From Nitrospiraceae bacterium (GTDB taxonomy: Bacteria > Nitrospirota > Thermodesulfovibrionia > Thermodesulfovibrionales > UBA1546), in NCBI GenBank assembly GCA_021373015.1, contig JAJFTJ010000018.1, forward strand, positions 65,489-129,488: a stretch of DNA of 64,000 nt, in the 5' to 3' direction. Under the pieces are notes generated by a model. It was not told the origin of the DNA. It was given only the letters and a program-made list of their open reading frames with translations, and ran no database searches. Of the stretch, positions 1-9,649 are shown one piece after another (within the stretch, counting starts at the first letter, position 1; the number at the start of each line of letters is the position of its first letter). The position numbers and the translations under genes are program-made.

Positions 1-742
1 TGCCTGAACCAGAGAGTCCGAATACAGCAACAGGAGGATTGTCTCCTATCTTCTTAATTCCGCCGTGGCATGCTACCATGTTCTGTCTTACTCCAATTGT
101 CCATACAAGCGTAAGCGTTCCTTTTTTTCTTTCTCCAAAATATCTGAGTCCCAGTATTGCAATGCAGTTCTGCGCCTCATCAATTATCACAAGACCATTC
201 GGGAAATCAGGGTGCGACCATTCAGCGTCAGCAAACACCATTATGTCCGGTTCGTCAATAACACGGGATTTTTCATAGAGTTGATCCCATGGTTTCATCC
301 ATGGTGTGAAATTTATTCCCCAATCAAGCATATTTTTTGCGTCAGTCTCGCGGCTGAGCAGATTTGCTTTTACCATAAAATCAGGGTGAAGTCCGATAAT
401 TCCTTCAAGCCAGAGTCCGTGTTCACGGTTGAAATTAAATATCGCATCACCGAGTATTGAAAGATATTTGTCTCTCTCTTTGCCCATTTCCCTGACAAGG
501 CGTCTTGCCCTTGCAGTGCGTCCAACAATGCCGCCGTCATTTGATATAAGCACTTTTGCATCCTTTGGCAGACCAAAGACCTCAGGCTTGTACATCGGAT
601 GGGAAGTGACAACAACTTCAGGCTGTTTAACAGAGAGTTTATACAACTCAGCCATTGTTGTCTTTCTTACTGAGTTTGCATAAAATGCACTCTCAATTAA
701 AGCCCTCCATGAAGAGGTCGGCACTTTGTGTTTTGTTGACAT
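1..742 (-). CDS. pckA: phosphoenolpyruvate carboxykinase (ATP)-like, N-terminal part; the 3' end lies beyond the window start
   Basis: Absent from the ORF track because it runs off the window. My hand translation of the reverse strand starts at ATG 742-740, with GGAG about 10 nt upstream. It reads MSTKHKVPTSSWRALIES...LRYFGERKKGTLTLVWTIGVRQNMVACHGGIKKIGDNPPVAVFGLSGSG with no stop down to position 1. The YxGExKKG...VAVFGLSG(S/T)G layout resembles the ATP-PEPCK kinase-1a region. Confidence 0.6.
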   Translation of the reverse strand, partial: MSTKHKVPTSSWRALIESAFYANSVRKTTMAELYKLSVKQPEVVVTSHPMYKPEVFGLPKDAKVLISNDGGIVGRTARARRLVREMGKERDKYLSILGDAIFNFNREHGLWLEGIIGLHPDFMVKANLLSRETDAKNMLDWGINFTPWMKPWDQLYEKSRVIDEPDIMVFADAEWSHPDFPNGLVIIDEAQNCIAILGLRYFGERKKGTLTLVWTIGVRQNMVACHGGIKKIGDNPPVAVFGLSGSG

Positions 743-899
743 TGTTATCTAACTCCTGTTGTCAGTAAATAGGCATAAAAGCCTGACTAAAAAACCGCCG
801 TGATTTTATCTAAATTAAATGAGACTTTAATTGTTTTGGAATCTAAAGTCAAGTTTTTTTGCCTGAAGAGAACTGATGTAGTTGAAAAATAGAATGGAT

Positions 900-2147
900 T
901 TAAATCAGGATACCGTTAAGCTCATTCTCATCAACAGGCCCAAGAACTGAGATTGCAGTATTCCCCGACATCGTAAGCCGTTGCGACAGATCTTTTACAG
1001 CGTTTAGACTTACTGAATTTATCTTTTTGATTATTTCTGAGGGTGAATAATATTTGCCGTAATAAATCTCTTGCCTTGCAATGTTCTGCATCCTTCCACT
1101 GGTTGATTCAAGCGCAAGAATGATATTCCCCTTTAGCTGGTCTTTTGACCTTTGCAGTTCGGTTTCTGTTACAGTGTCTGCAAGTCCTTTTATCTCTTTC
1201 AGAATTATGTCTATAACCTCAACAACCTTCTTTCTGCCTGTCCCTGCATAAACTGCCCACATGCCTGTATCCAAATAAGATGAAATATAAGAATGCACTG
1301 AATAGACAAGTCCTCTCTTCTCTCTTATTTCCTGAAAGAGCCTTGAGCTTATGCCGGCGCCGAATATCGTATTAAGAAGAAACAGCACATATCTTTCATT
1401 GCTTGACTGAGAAATGCCTTCAACACCTGCACAGATATGGGCTTCTGCCAGATCTTTATTAAAAACCTTAATCCCTTTTCTGAACACAGGCGTTGAACCT
1501 TTGTCAGGTTCTGAACCCCTTCTCAAAGATCCAAGGCTCTTATTCAAAACATCTAACAGCTTATCAACTTCAAAATTACCGGCGCACGCAATAACAATGT
1601 CCTTTGTTCCATAGTATTTTCTTATATGGCTTATGAGATCTTCTCTCTTGAATGTCTTTATCGTCTCTCTTTTCCCAAGTATGGACTGGCCTATCCCTTC
1701 ATCACCCCATATCTGCTCGTTAAAGAGATCATGTATATACTCATCAGGAGTGTCTTCGACCATCTTTATCTCTTCTTTTATTATCCCCTTTTCTTTTTCT
1801 ACATCTTGTTCAGGGAATGTGGAGTGGAGAAATATATCAGTCAGGAGTTCTACACCTCTTTCAAAATGCTCGTCAAGAACCTTTACATAGAAAGTTGTAC
1901 TTTCTCTTGATGTGAATGCGTTGAGATCTCCGCCAAGGCAGTCTGTGTCAATAGCAATATCCTTTGCACTGCGCTTCTGTGTCCCTTTGAAAAACATATG
2001 TTCGAGAAAATGAGAAACACCGTTTTTAGCGGATGATTCGTTCCTTGAGCCAACCTTTACCCATATGCCCAGTGTTACGGAGCGTACATTTCTTATCTGC
2101 TCCATAACAACAGTGACGCCATTTTCCAGATTTGCTTTTTTATACAT
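900..2147 (-). CDS. M16 family zinc peptidase (pitrilysin/insulinase-like)
   Basis: HFLEH (HxxEH) zinc motif in ...GVSHFLEHMFFKGT. About 415 aa, directly downstream of pnp, which is a common pairing. I prefer the ATG at 2147 (MYKKANLENG...) over the TTG at 2186 used by the track. Confidence 0.85.
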   Translation of the reverse strand: MYKKANLENGVTVVMEQIRNVRSVTLGIWVKVGSRNESSAKNGVSHFLEHMFFKGTQKRSAKDIAIDTDCLGGDLNAFTSRESTTFYVKVLDEHFERGVELLTDIFLHSTFPEQDVEKEKGIIKEEIKMVEDTPDEYIHDLFNEQIWGDEGIGQSILGKRETIKTFKREDLISHIRKYYGTKDIVIACAGNFEVDKLLDVLNKSLGSLRRGSEPDKGSTPVFRKGIKVFNKDLAEAHICAGVEGISQSSNERYVLFLLNTIFGAGISSRLFQEIREKRGLVYSVHSYISSYLDTGMWAVYAGTGRKKVVEVIDIILKEIKGLADTVTETELQRSKDQLKGNIILALESTSGRMQNIARQEIYYGKYYSPSEIIKKINSVSLNAVKDLSQRLTMSGNTAISVLGPVDENELNGILI

Positions 2148-2219
2148 GATTAAATTGTACCAATACGAAGTCTGAGTTACAAACAACTAAAGGGAGATTT
2201 CATACCTTTTTTAAGGGTA

Positions 2220-4316
2220 TCAGGACTTCTTAGCGCTTTCGCGCATGGCTTCTTTTCTGCTAAGGCGTACTTTCCCGGTTTTATCAATCTCAATTACTTT
2301 TACGAGAACCTCATCGCCCTCTTGCAGAACATCAGTGACTTTTGCAATCCTCTTTTCATCAATCTGGGAAATATGAAGAAGGCCTTCAACACCGGCGCCG
2401 GGAATTATCTCGACAAATGCGCCGAAATCAACAATCCTCTTAACCTTGCCAAGGTATATCTTGTTAAGCTCTGCCTCAGCAATAATCCCGTTTATTATGT
2501 CTATAGCCTTTTGTGCAGAAGTCTCATCTGAAGACGCTATATTTATAACACCGCTGTCATTTATATCTATTTTCACGCCTGTCTGCTCTATTATCCCTCT
2601 GATAACCTTGCCGCCTGTTCCTATAACATCCCTTATCTTATCCTGCTTGATCTGCATGGTGTAGATTCTAGGCGCATAAGGAGCAAGCTGTTCCCTGTGT
2701 GTTGACATTACTTCTTTTATCTTACCAAGGATATGAAGCCTCCCTTTTCTTGCTTGTTCCAGGGCTTTCTCCATAAGCGGAATATCCAGTCCTCCTGTTT
2801 TGACATCAAGCTGGAAAGCAGTTATGCCTTTCTCAGTGCCTGTAACTTTAAAATCCATGTCACCTAGATGATCTTCAAGTCCCAGTATGTCTGTCAGTAC
2901 AATATTCTTGCTGCCTTCCTGAATAAGCCCCATTGCAATGCCTGCAACTGGCGCTTCTATCGGCACACCTGCATCCATTAATGCAAGTATCCCGCCGCAG
3001 ACAGTTGCCATTGAAGATGAACCGTTAGATTCAAATATGTCTGAAACAATTCTTATTGTGTAAGGGAATTTTTCTTTTGAAGGCAGGACCGCCTTAAGCG
3101 CTCGTTCAGCCAATGCCCCGTGTCCTATTTCTCTTCTGCCTGGCGAACGAAGAGGCTTAACCTCTCCTACGCTGAAAGGAGGAAAATTATAATGAAGCAT
3201 AAACGATTTATATTTTTCACCTTCAAGAGCATCAATCTTCTGTTCATCGTCTGCAGTGCCGAGCGTTACTACAGCAAGCGCCTGTGTCTCTCCTCTTACA
3301 AAAAGCGCTGAACCATGAGCCCTTGGAAGCAATCCTACTCTTGCGCTTATATGTCTTATCTCATCAGGTTTTCTGCCGTCAGTTCTTATTCCTTTTTCTA
3401 TTATCATATTCCTGACAAGTGTCTTTTCAATATCATAAAATATGTTCGTTATATCCTTGGAGATGTCTTTTTCCTCTGTATTGAATTGTTTTATCGTCTC
3501 AGCAATGATAAGGTCTATTTCTTCCTGTCTCCTCAGCTTGCCGGGGATGCTTACTGCTTCCTTAAGTCTCTGAATCGTATGGGTCTCGATCTTCTTTTTT
3601 AATTCTTCATTAACCTCTATCTTAGTCAGCGTCCTTTTTTCTTTTCCAACCAATTTTTTCAGTTCATGCTGAACAGCGGCAATTCTTTTTATCTCTTTGT
3701 GAGCGTGATCTATAGCGCTGATAAGCACTGACTCTGGCAGTTCTGAACACTCGCCTTCTACCATCAATACCGAACTTTCTGTGCCTGCTACAACAAGATT
3801 CATATCAAGATTTTCCAATTCGGCAAAATCAGGATTTATAATGAATTTCTCATCTAGCCTTCCTATTCTTACAGCAGCAACAGGACCTGAAAATGGGATA
3901 TCAGATATCATCAAAGCAGTCGATATGCCGATTATCCCGAGGATATCAGATACATTCTCACTTCCGTATGAAAGCACAGCTGCTATTCCCTGTGTATCAG
4001 AACAGAATTCTTCCGGGAATAAAGGCCTTATAGGTCTGTCAATAAGACGGGAGGATAAAATCTCTTTTTCACTTGGCCTGCCCTCTCTTTTGAAAAATCC
4101 TCCCGGGATCTTTCCTGCTGAGTAGGCCTTTTCCTGATAATCGATTGTGAGCGGGAAAAAATCAAATACCTTGTCTGTCCTCTTTGATGCAACCACCGTT
4201 GCAAGTACAACTGTTTCACCATATCTTAGTACAACTGCTCCATCTGACTGCTTGGCTATCTCACCTGTTTCAATAGATAAAAATTGCCCTTTAATATCAA
4301 CTTCTAATTTTGTCAT
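2220..4316 (-). CDS. pnp: polynucleotide phosphorylase
   Basis: 698 aa with two RNase PH-like halves plus C-terminal KH and S1 regions (...GKVKRIVDFGAFVEI...). Sits in rpsO-pnp synteny. Confidence 0.97.
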   Translation of the reverse strand: MTKLEVDIKGQFLSIETGEIAKQSDGAVVLRYGETVVLATVVASKRTDKVFDFFPLTIDYQEKAYSAGKIPGGFFKREGRPSEKEILSSRLIDRPIRPLFPEEFCSDTQGIAAVLSYGSENVSDILGIIGISTALMISDIPFSGPVAAVRIGRLDEKFIINPDFAELENLDMNLVVAGTESSVLMVEGECSELPESVLISAIDHAHKEIKRIAAVQHELKKLVGKEKRTLTKIEVNEELKKKIETHTIQRLKEAVSIPGKLRRQEEIDLIIAETIKQFNTEEKDISKDITNIFYDIEKTLVRNMIIEKGIRTDGRKPDEIRHISARVGLLPRAHGSALFVRGETQALAVVTLGTADDEQKIDALEGEKYKSFMLHYNFPPFSVGEVKPLRSPGRREIGHGALAERALKAVLPSKEKFPYTIRIVSDIFESNGSSSMATVCGGILALMDAGVPIEAPVAGIAMGLIQEGSKNIVLTDILGLEDHLGDMDFKVTGTEKGITAFQLDVKTGGLDIPLMEKALEQARKGRLHILGKIKEVMSTHREQLAPYAPRIYTMQIKQDKIRDVIGTGGKVIRGIIEQTGVKIDINDSGVINIASSDETSAQKAIDIINGIIAEAELNKIYLGKVKRIVDFGAFVEIIPGAGVEGLLHISQIDEKRIAKVTDVLQEGDEVLVKVIEIDKTGKVRLSRKEAMRESAKKS

Positions 4317-4327
4317 TAATCCTCTTT

Positions 4328-4597
4328 CTACTTTCTGAGTCCAAGACGTTCGATTACTTTTGTATAGCGGTCCTTACTTGAAGATTTAAGATAGTCGAGC
4401 AGTTTTTTCCTCTGCCCAACAAGCTGAAGAAGACCACGACGGGAATGATGATCACCCTTGTGGGTCCTGAAGTGCTCTGTTAAATAGGTTATCCTCTCGC
4501 TTAAAATAGCCAGCTGAACCTCTGTGGAACCTGTATCTTTTTCATGCGTCTTGTACTCTGTAATTATTTGGGTTTTCTTTTCTTTTTTGAGAGGCAT
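4328..4597 (-). CDS. rpsO: 30S ribosomal protein S15
   Basis: 89 aa with typical S15 sequence ([35 protein letters not shown]), immediately upstream of pnp. Confidence 0.95.
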   Translation of the reverse strand: MPLKKEKKTQIITEYKTHEKDTGSTEVQLAILSERITYLTEHFRTHKGDHHSRRGLLQLVGQRKKLLDYLKSSSKDRYTKVIERLGLRK

Positions 4598-4681
4598 AAA
4601 TTTACCTACCTTTCCTTTCTTTCTAATTGAGGTTATAAGAATACCACAAGAGCTTGACTTATGTAAAGAAACACTCAGCCC

Positions 4682-4710
4682 TTGACAGTATCTGTTTAAA
4701 ATTTTATCCT
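4682..4710 (+). promoter_or_regulatory. candidate sigma70-type promoter for argH (TTGACA-17-TATCCT)
   Basis: TTGACA at 4682-4687, a 17-nt spacer, and TATCCT at 4705-4710. The argH ATG is at 4720 with no Shine-Dalgarno between them. Confidence 0.35.
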
Positions 4711-4719
4711 TAGTTCATC

Positions 4720-6093
4720 ATGAAAAAACCATGGGCTGGAAGGTTCACAGGCAGCACATCAAAAATCGTGGAGTCATTCACAGAATCGATCTCGTTTGAC
4801 TGGAGGCTCTGGCAATACGATATAGAGGGTGATATTGCCCATGCAAAGATGCTGGCCAAACAGCAAATAATATCTGCCAAGGAATCCGCAAATATTATCA
4901 AGGGGCTTGAATTAATAGCAAAAGAAATAGCCTCCGGCAAGTTCAGGTTCAAAAAAGAGCTTGAAGATATTCATATGAATATTGAATCAGCCCTTACTAA
5001 AAAAATCGGCTCTGCAGGGAAAAAACTGCATACTGCACGTTCCAGAAATGATCAGGTCGCTCTGGATCTGAGGCTTTATCTAAGGGATGAGATTAAGACA
5101 ATAATCTTTTTAATAAAGAATCTGCAAATTAAGATGCTTGTAATGGCAGAAAAATATCTGGACGTTATAATGCCCGGATATACGCATATGCAAAGGGCGC
5201 AGCCTGTCCTGCTTTCACACTATCTTCTTGCATATATGGAGATGCTCCAGAGGGATAAAACACGTTTTGAAGAAACGCTTAACAGGGTGAATGTTATGCC
5301 TCTTGGCTCCTGTGCTCTTGCAGGAACAACACTTCCAATAGACAGAACATATACTGCAAAATTGCTCGGATTTAAGGCATTAGCAGAAAACAGCATTGAT
5401 GCTGTGTCTGACAGGGATTTTGTCATTGATTTTCTGACAGATTCAGCGATTTTAATGATGCACCTTTCAAGGCTCTCAGAAGAAAATATACTCTGGTCAA
5501 CAGAAGAGTTTTCTTTTATTGAGTTGTCTGATTCCTTTACTACGGGTTCGAGCATAATGCCTCAGAAAAAAAATCCCGATGTATCCGAACTCATAAGGGG
5601 GAAAACAGGGAGGGTATATGGCAGCATGCTCTCAATATTCACTGTTATGAAGGGTCTGCCTCTGTCTTATAACAGGGATATGCAGGAAGATAAGGTTCCT
5701 GTATTTGATACAGTAGATACTGTTAAGTCATGCCTTACAGTTCTTGCAGAGATGATGCCCAAAATAAAATTTATGACGAAAACAATGCTTGAGGCATCTG
5801 AAAAAGGATATTCGACTGCAACAGATATCGCGGAATATCTTGTTAAAAAAGGCGTACCTTTCAGGGAGGCTCATGAGATAACAGGAAAGATTGTGCTTAA
5901 TGCAATAAAAACAAAAAAGCAGCTTAAAGATATTAGTCTGAATGACCTGAAAAAATTCTCTTCAAAAATTGGAAAGGACATATATTCATTTATCAGTGCA
6001 AAGGCCTCTGTGAAAGCAAGGAAATCAAAAGGCGGGACTTCTCCTTCAGAGGTAATAAAGCAGATAAAGAAATTCAAGCAGATCGTAAAATGA
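4720..6093 (+). CDS. argH: argininosuccinate lyase
   Basis: 457 aa with the fumarate-lyase signature GSSIMPQKKNPD. The N-terminus WGGRF-like (WAGRFTG) is typical of ArgH. Confidence 0.95.
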   Translation: MKKPWAGRFTGSTSKIVESFTESISFDWRLWQYDIEGDIAHAKMLAKQQIISAKESANIIKGLELIAKEIASGKFRFKKELEDIHMNIESALTKKIGSAGKKLHTARSRNDQVALDLRLYLRDEIKTIIFLIKNLQIKMLVMAEKYLDVIMPGYTHMQRAQPVLLSHYLLAYMEMLQRDKTRFEETLNRVNVMPLGSCALAGTTLPIDRTYTAKLLGFKALAENSIDAVSDRDFVIDFLTDSAILMMHLSRLSEENILWSTEEFSFIELSDSFTTGSSIMPQKKNPDVSELIRGKTGRVYGSMLSIFTVMKGLPLSYNRDMQEDKVPVFDTVDTVKSCLTVLAEMMPKIKFMTKTMLEASEKGYSTATDIAEYLVKKGVPFREAHEITGKIVLNAIKTKKQLKDISLNDLKKFSSKIGKDIYSFISAKASVKARKSKGGTSPSEVIKQIKKFKQIVK

Positions 6094-7031
6094 AAATTCC
6101 AAATATTTCACTAACAAAAATAACAGCTTGTTTGCTGCTCTTTGTTTTTTGTCTTGTTATTGTCTCGTGCGGCAAGAAGACTCCGCCTACGCTAAAGGCA
6201 TACGAGAAACCTGTTCCGCCGGAAAATGTTAAGGCAGTTCATAGAGAAGACACTATTGTCTTAACATGGTCTTATCCCAAAAAAAGCAATCTCAAGGAAT
6301 TTTATATACTTAAGTCAGACAGAATAGATTTCGACACAATAGCAAATTTATCAAAAGATGAAACCTCTTACATAGATAAAGATTTTAAAACAGGCAATAC
6401 ATACAGATACAAGATAGTTGCTCAGACAGTAAAAGAGGTCTTGAGCAATGACTCTGAAACAATAGAGATAAAACCTTTGGAACCGGCACCAGCGCCCAGA
6501 AACATATCCTTTTTCATAGGCAACAGCACGATTGAGATAACATGGGAAAATACAGGGAAAGAAATTATTTATAATGTTTACAAAAGCTATGAAAAAGGAA
6601 AATACGGTTTTTATCCGTTAAACACTTCTCCTCTGGATTCGCCGTCATTTGCAGCAGCTCCCGAGTTCAACAGAACTGTTTATTACACAGTCAGAAGCAG
6701 CTTTGGCAAACCCGTAAGGGATGAGAGCATGGCATCTGTTGAGATAGAGGTCAGTCCTTCAGATTATATTCCATCAAAGCCTGCCGGCATTAAAACAGTA
6801 AAGGCTGACGAAAAGGTTATCCTTACATGGAAGGAAAATCCGGAACCCTGGGTTACAAAATACAGAGTCTACCGCAAAATTCACAATGAGGGATTCAAAG
6901 TGATCAGCGAACCTGTCACTCCTGTTTTTGTTGACAGGGAAAAAGCGGGAAATAAACAGCTATATAAAATAACTGCTGTTGGTCCGGTTAAAGAAAGCGA
7001 ACCGTCCCAGATAATAACCGTTGATTTTTAG
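6090..7031 (+). CDS. lipoprotein with three fibronectin type III-like repeats, function unknown
   Basis: Signal peptide with lipobox (LVIVSCG). Three roughly 95-aa repeats each carry a xxIxLTW motif (TIVLTWSYP, TIEITWENT, KVILTWKENP). The start overlaps the argH stop (ATGA). Confidence 0.6.
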   Translation: MKIPNISLTKITACLLLFVFCLVIVSCGKKTPPTLKAYEKPVPPENVKAVHREDTIVLTWSYPKKSNLKEFYILKSDRIDFDTIANLSKDETSYIDKDFKTGNTYRYKIVAQTVKEVLSNDSETIEIKPLEPAPAPRNISFFIGNSTIEITWENTGKEIIYNVYKSYEKGKYGFYPLNTSPLDSPSFAAAPEFNRTVYYTVRSSFGKPVRDESMASVEIEVSPSDYIPSKPAGIKTVKADEKVILTWKENPEPWVTKYRVYRKIHNEGFKVISEPVTPVFVDREKAGNKQLYKITAVGPVKESEPSQIITVDF

Positions 7032-7138
7032 TTTATAATTAATAAATTCAAATACAATATAAAAGTTCCGATAAGACTATTAAATAATTAAAGACAGCCA
7101 ATAAACTTTAGACAAGAAAATGAACATATAAGGAGCAT

Positions 7139-7939
7139 ATGCAAAAGGTTACTATCCAGGATTTTTTGAAAAAAAAAGCTGAAAAAAAGAAGATTACCAT
7201 GCTCACTGCATATGACTTTCCATTTGCACAGATTGTTGATGAAGCAGGGATTGATGCAATACTTGTTGGAGATTCCCTGGGGATGGTTGTTCAGGGATTT
7301 GAAAATACACTCCCAGTCACAATGGACGAGATGATATATCACACCAAGATGGTTTCGCGAGCTGTAAATAATGCAATGGTAATTGGTGATATGCCTTTTA
7401 TGTCATATCAGGCAAGTATCGAAGATGCTGTAAGAAATGCGGGAAGATTTATAAAAGAAGGCGGAGCATCTGCAATCAAAATCGAGGGCGGAGCTGAGGT
7501 TGCAGACAAAATCAAGGCAATGACCAAATCAGACATCCCTGTTATGGCTCATATAGGACTGACACCGCAATCAATACATAAATTTGGAGGATATAAAGTC
7601 CAGGGCAAGACCGAAAAAACCCAGAAAAAACTTATAGAAGAGGCGCATATTATTGAAGATGCAGGCGCTTTCTCCCTCGTGATGGAAGCAATTCCAATGG
7701 ATCTAGCAAAGAAAATGACTGATGAGCTTTCCATCCCTACTATTGGAATAGGCGGAGGGCCGTATTGCGATGGACAGGTTTTAGTGATCCATGATGTATT
7801 AGGACTCTTTGAAAGATTCACACCTAAGTTCGTCAAACGCTATGCTGACCTGAAAACAGAGGCGCTTAATGCTGTAAAGGCTTACAAGGAAGAGGTAGAA
7901 AAAGGCATATTCCCTTCGGATGCCCAGAGTTTCAAATAA
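7139..7939 (+). CDS. panB: 3-methyl-2-oxobutanoate hydroxymethyltransferase
   Basis: 266 aa; ...[35 protein letters not shown]... is typical PanB. Confidence 0.95.
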   Translation: MQKVTIQDFLKKKAEKKKITMLTAYDFPFAQIVDEAGIDAILVGDSLGMVVQGFENTLPVTMDEMIYHTKMVSRAVNNAMVIGDMPFMSYQASIEDAVRNAGRFIKEGGASAIKIEGGAEVADKIKAMTKSDIPVMAHIGLTPQSIHKFGGYKVQGKTEKTQKKLIEEAHIIEDAGAFSLVMEAIPMDLAKKMTDELSIPTIGIGGGPYCDGQVLVIHDVLGLFERFTPKFVKRYADLKTEALNAVKAYKEEVEKGIFPSDAQSFK

Positions 7940-8022
7940 ATAGGCAACCAATATTAATTGTATTCTTTGCAGGGTTTTGAAATTTGTAGAAAAATTTTTA
8001 AAATGATAGACTGTGAGCAAGT

Positions 8023-8979
8023 ATGGCAAAAGCTAAAATTCTTCTTGTAGAAGACAGCAATACCCAAGGGGCATTTGTAAAAGACTATCTGGAAAAAACA
8101 GGTTACGAGGTTCTCTGGGTTCAAAATGGCAAATCCGCGCTAAAGGCAGTAACAACTGAAAAAATTGACATTGTTCTTCTTGATGTAATCCTTCCTGACA
8201 TCAGCGGAAACGAGGTCTGCCGATGGATGAAAAGCAATGAAAAAAGCTGTAGCATTCCAATAATAATGCTCACTGTTAAAGGCGCTGTAACTGACAAAAT
8301 AGCAGGGTTTCAGGCAGGCGCTGACGATTATCTTCCAAAGCCGTACAGTGAGATTGAATTAAATGCAAGAATATACACATGTTTAAGGACTAAAACACTT
8401 CAGGACGAATTAAGGAAAAAGAATGTGGAACTCGAAGATAAAAATTTTCAGCTTGAAGCAGTAAATAACAAACTCAATTTGCTGTCTACAACAGACATGC
8501 TCACAGGCGCATACAACAGAAGAAAGTTCGAGGAAGTCCTTAAGCTGGAATTTGCTAAGGTGCAAAGATATAACAAGCCTCTGGCATGCATGATGTTAGA
8601 TATCGATCATTTCAAGAAGATAAATGACACATTCGGACATCATTCAGGAGATGCCGTTCTCAAGGAAACATATGAGATTATAAAATCTTCAGCGAGAGAA
8701 ATCGATACTGTTGCAAGATGGGGAGGCGAGGAATTTATAATGCTGCTTCCAGATACAAAAAAGGAAGATGCAATGTCCCCTGCCAACAGGATATTAAAAG
8801 GGATGAGCAGCCATTTATTCCCTGATATCCCGCATGAACATGTGACTATCAGCATCGGAGTTGCAGGCATCCCAGATCCTAATATAAAAATGACCGATGA
8901 GGAAAAGATTGTTCTTGCAGCAGATTTTGCGATGTACGCTGCAAAAAAGAAAGGCCGCAACAGAATAGAGATGGCGTAA
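8023..8979 (+). CDS. response regulator receiver + GGDEF diguanylate cyclase
   Basis: N-terminal REC domain (ILLVEDS...DIVLLDVILPD...) followed by a coiled linker. GGDEF domain has active-site GGEEF, with an RxxD I-site (REID) five residues upstream. Confidence 0.9.
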   Translation: MAKAKILLVEDSNTQGAFVKDYLEKTGYEVLWVQNGKSALKAVTTEKIDIVLLDVILPDISGNEVCRWMKSNEKSCSIPIIMLTVKGAVTDKIAGFQAGADDYLPKPYSEIELNARIYTCLRTKTLQDELRKKNVELEDKNFQLEAVNNKLNLLSTTDMLTGAYNRRKFEEVLKLEFAKVQRYNKPLACMMLDIDHFKKINDTFGHHSGDAVLKETYEIIKSSAREIDTVARWGGEEFIMLLPDTKKEDAMSPANRILKGMSSHLFPDIPHEHVTISIGVAGIPDPNIKMTDEEKIVLAADFAMYAAKKKGRNRIEMA

Positions 8980-8989
8980 AAACTGAACG

Positions 8990-9604
8990 ATGTATCTCGG
9001 CGGCTTATATCTCATAACTGACAGAAAATTATCCGATCTCGCCACAAAAGAAATTGTCTCTATTGCATTAAAGTCAGGAATAAAATGCATTCAATACAGG
9101 GAAAAAGAAAAAAGCAGACGAGATATCTATAATGAAGCTCTAGAACTCAGAAAATTCACTGAAAAGTTCGACGTAAAACTTATAATAAATGACCATGTTG
9201 ACATTGCATCTGCAGTAAATGCCGACGGAGTCCATCTTGGGCAAGACGACTTCCCTATAAAAGAGGCACGGAATATCCTCGGCAAAAAAAAAATAATAGG
9301 GATATCCACTCATAATATTCATCAAGCACTGAAAGCTGAAGAATATGGTGCAGATTATATTGGATTCGGGCCGATATTCCGCACATTCACCAAAGAAGCA
9401 GGCGCCCCAAAAGGAACCGAATCGCTGAGAGAAGTTAAAAAACTTGTAAGAATACCTGTTATTGCAATAGGCGGAATAAATCTCGATAACTTAATGTCCG
9501 TTCTTGATGCAGGCGCCGATGCTGTTGCAGTTGCATCTGCAATCCTGCACGGTGACATAACTGAAAACATTAAATCCTTTCTTAATCTACTTTACAAAAA
9601 ATAA
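8990..9604 (+). CDS. thiE: thiamine-phosphate synthase
   Basis: 204 aa; LYLITDR...IQYREK...VHLGQDD...IGGI pattern is typical of ThiE. Confidence 0.9.
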   Translation: MYLGGLYLITDRKLSDLATKEIVSIALKSGIKCIQYREKEKSRRDIYNEALELRKFTEKFDVKLIINDHVDIASAVNADGVHLGQDDFPIKEARNILGKKKIIGISTHNIHQALKAEEYGADYIGFGPIFRTFTKEAGAPKGTESLREVKKLVRIPVIAIGGINLDNLMSVLDAGADAVAVASAILHGDITENIKSFLNLLYKK

Positions 9605-9649
9605 TCTCTTAATCTAAAATTCTCTCATTAAAATATACTTAGATACCCA

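Noticed and set aside
39-683. Plus-strand ORFs of 79, 131 and 84 aa, and a minus-strand ORF of 81 aa, at the window start.
   Set aside because: They overlap a long uninterrupted minus-strand frame with PEPCK-like sequence. Their own translations are low-complexity with no recognisable features.
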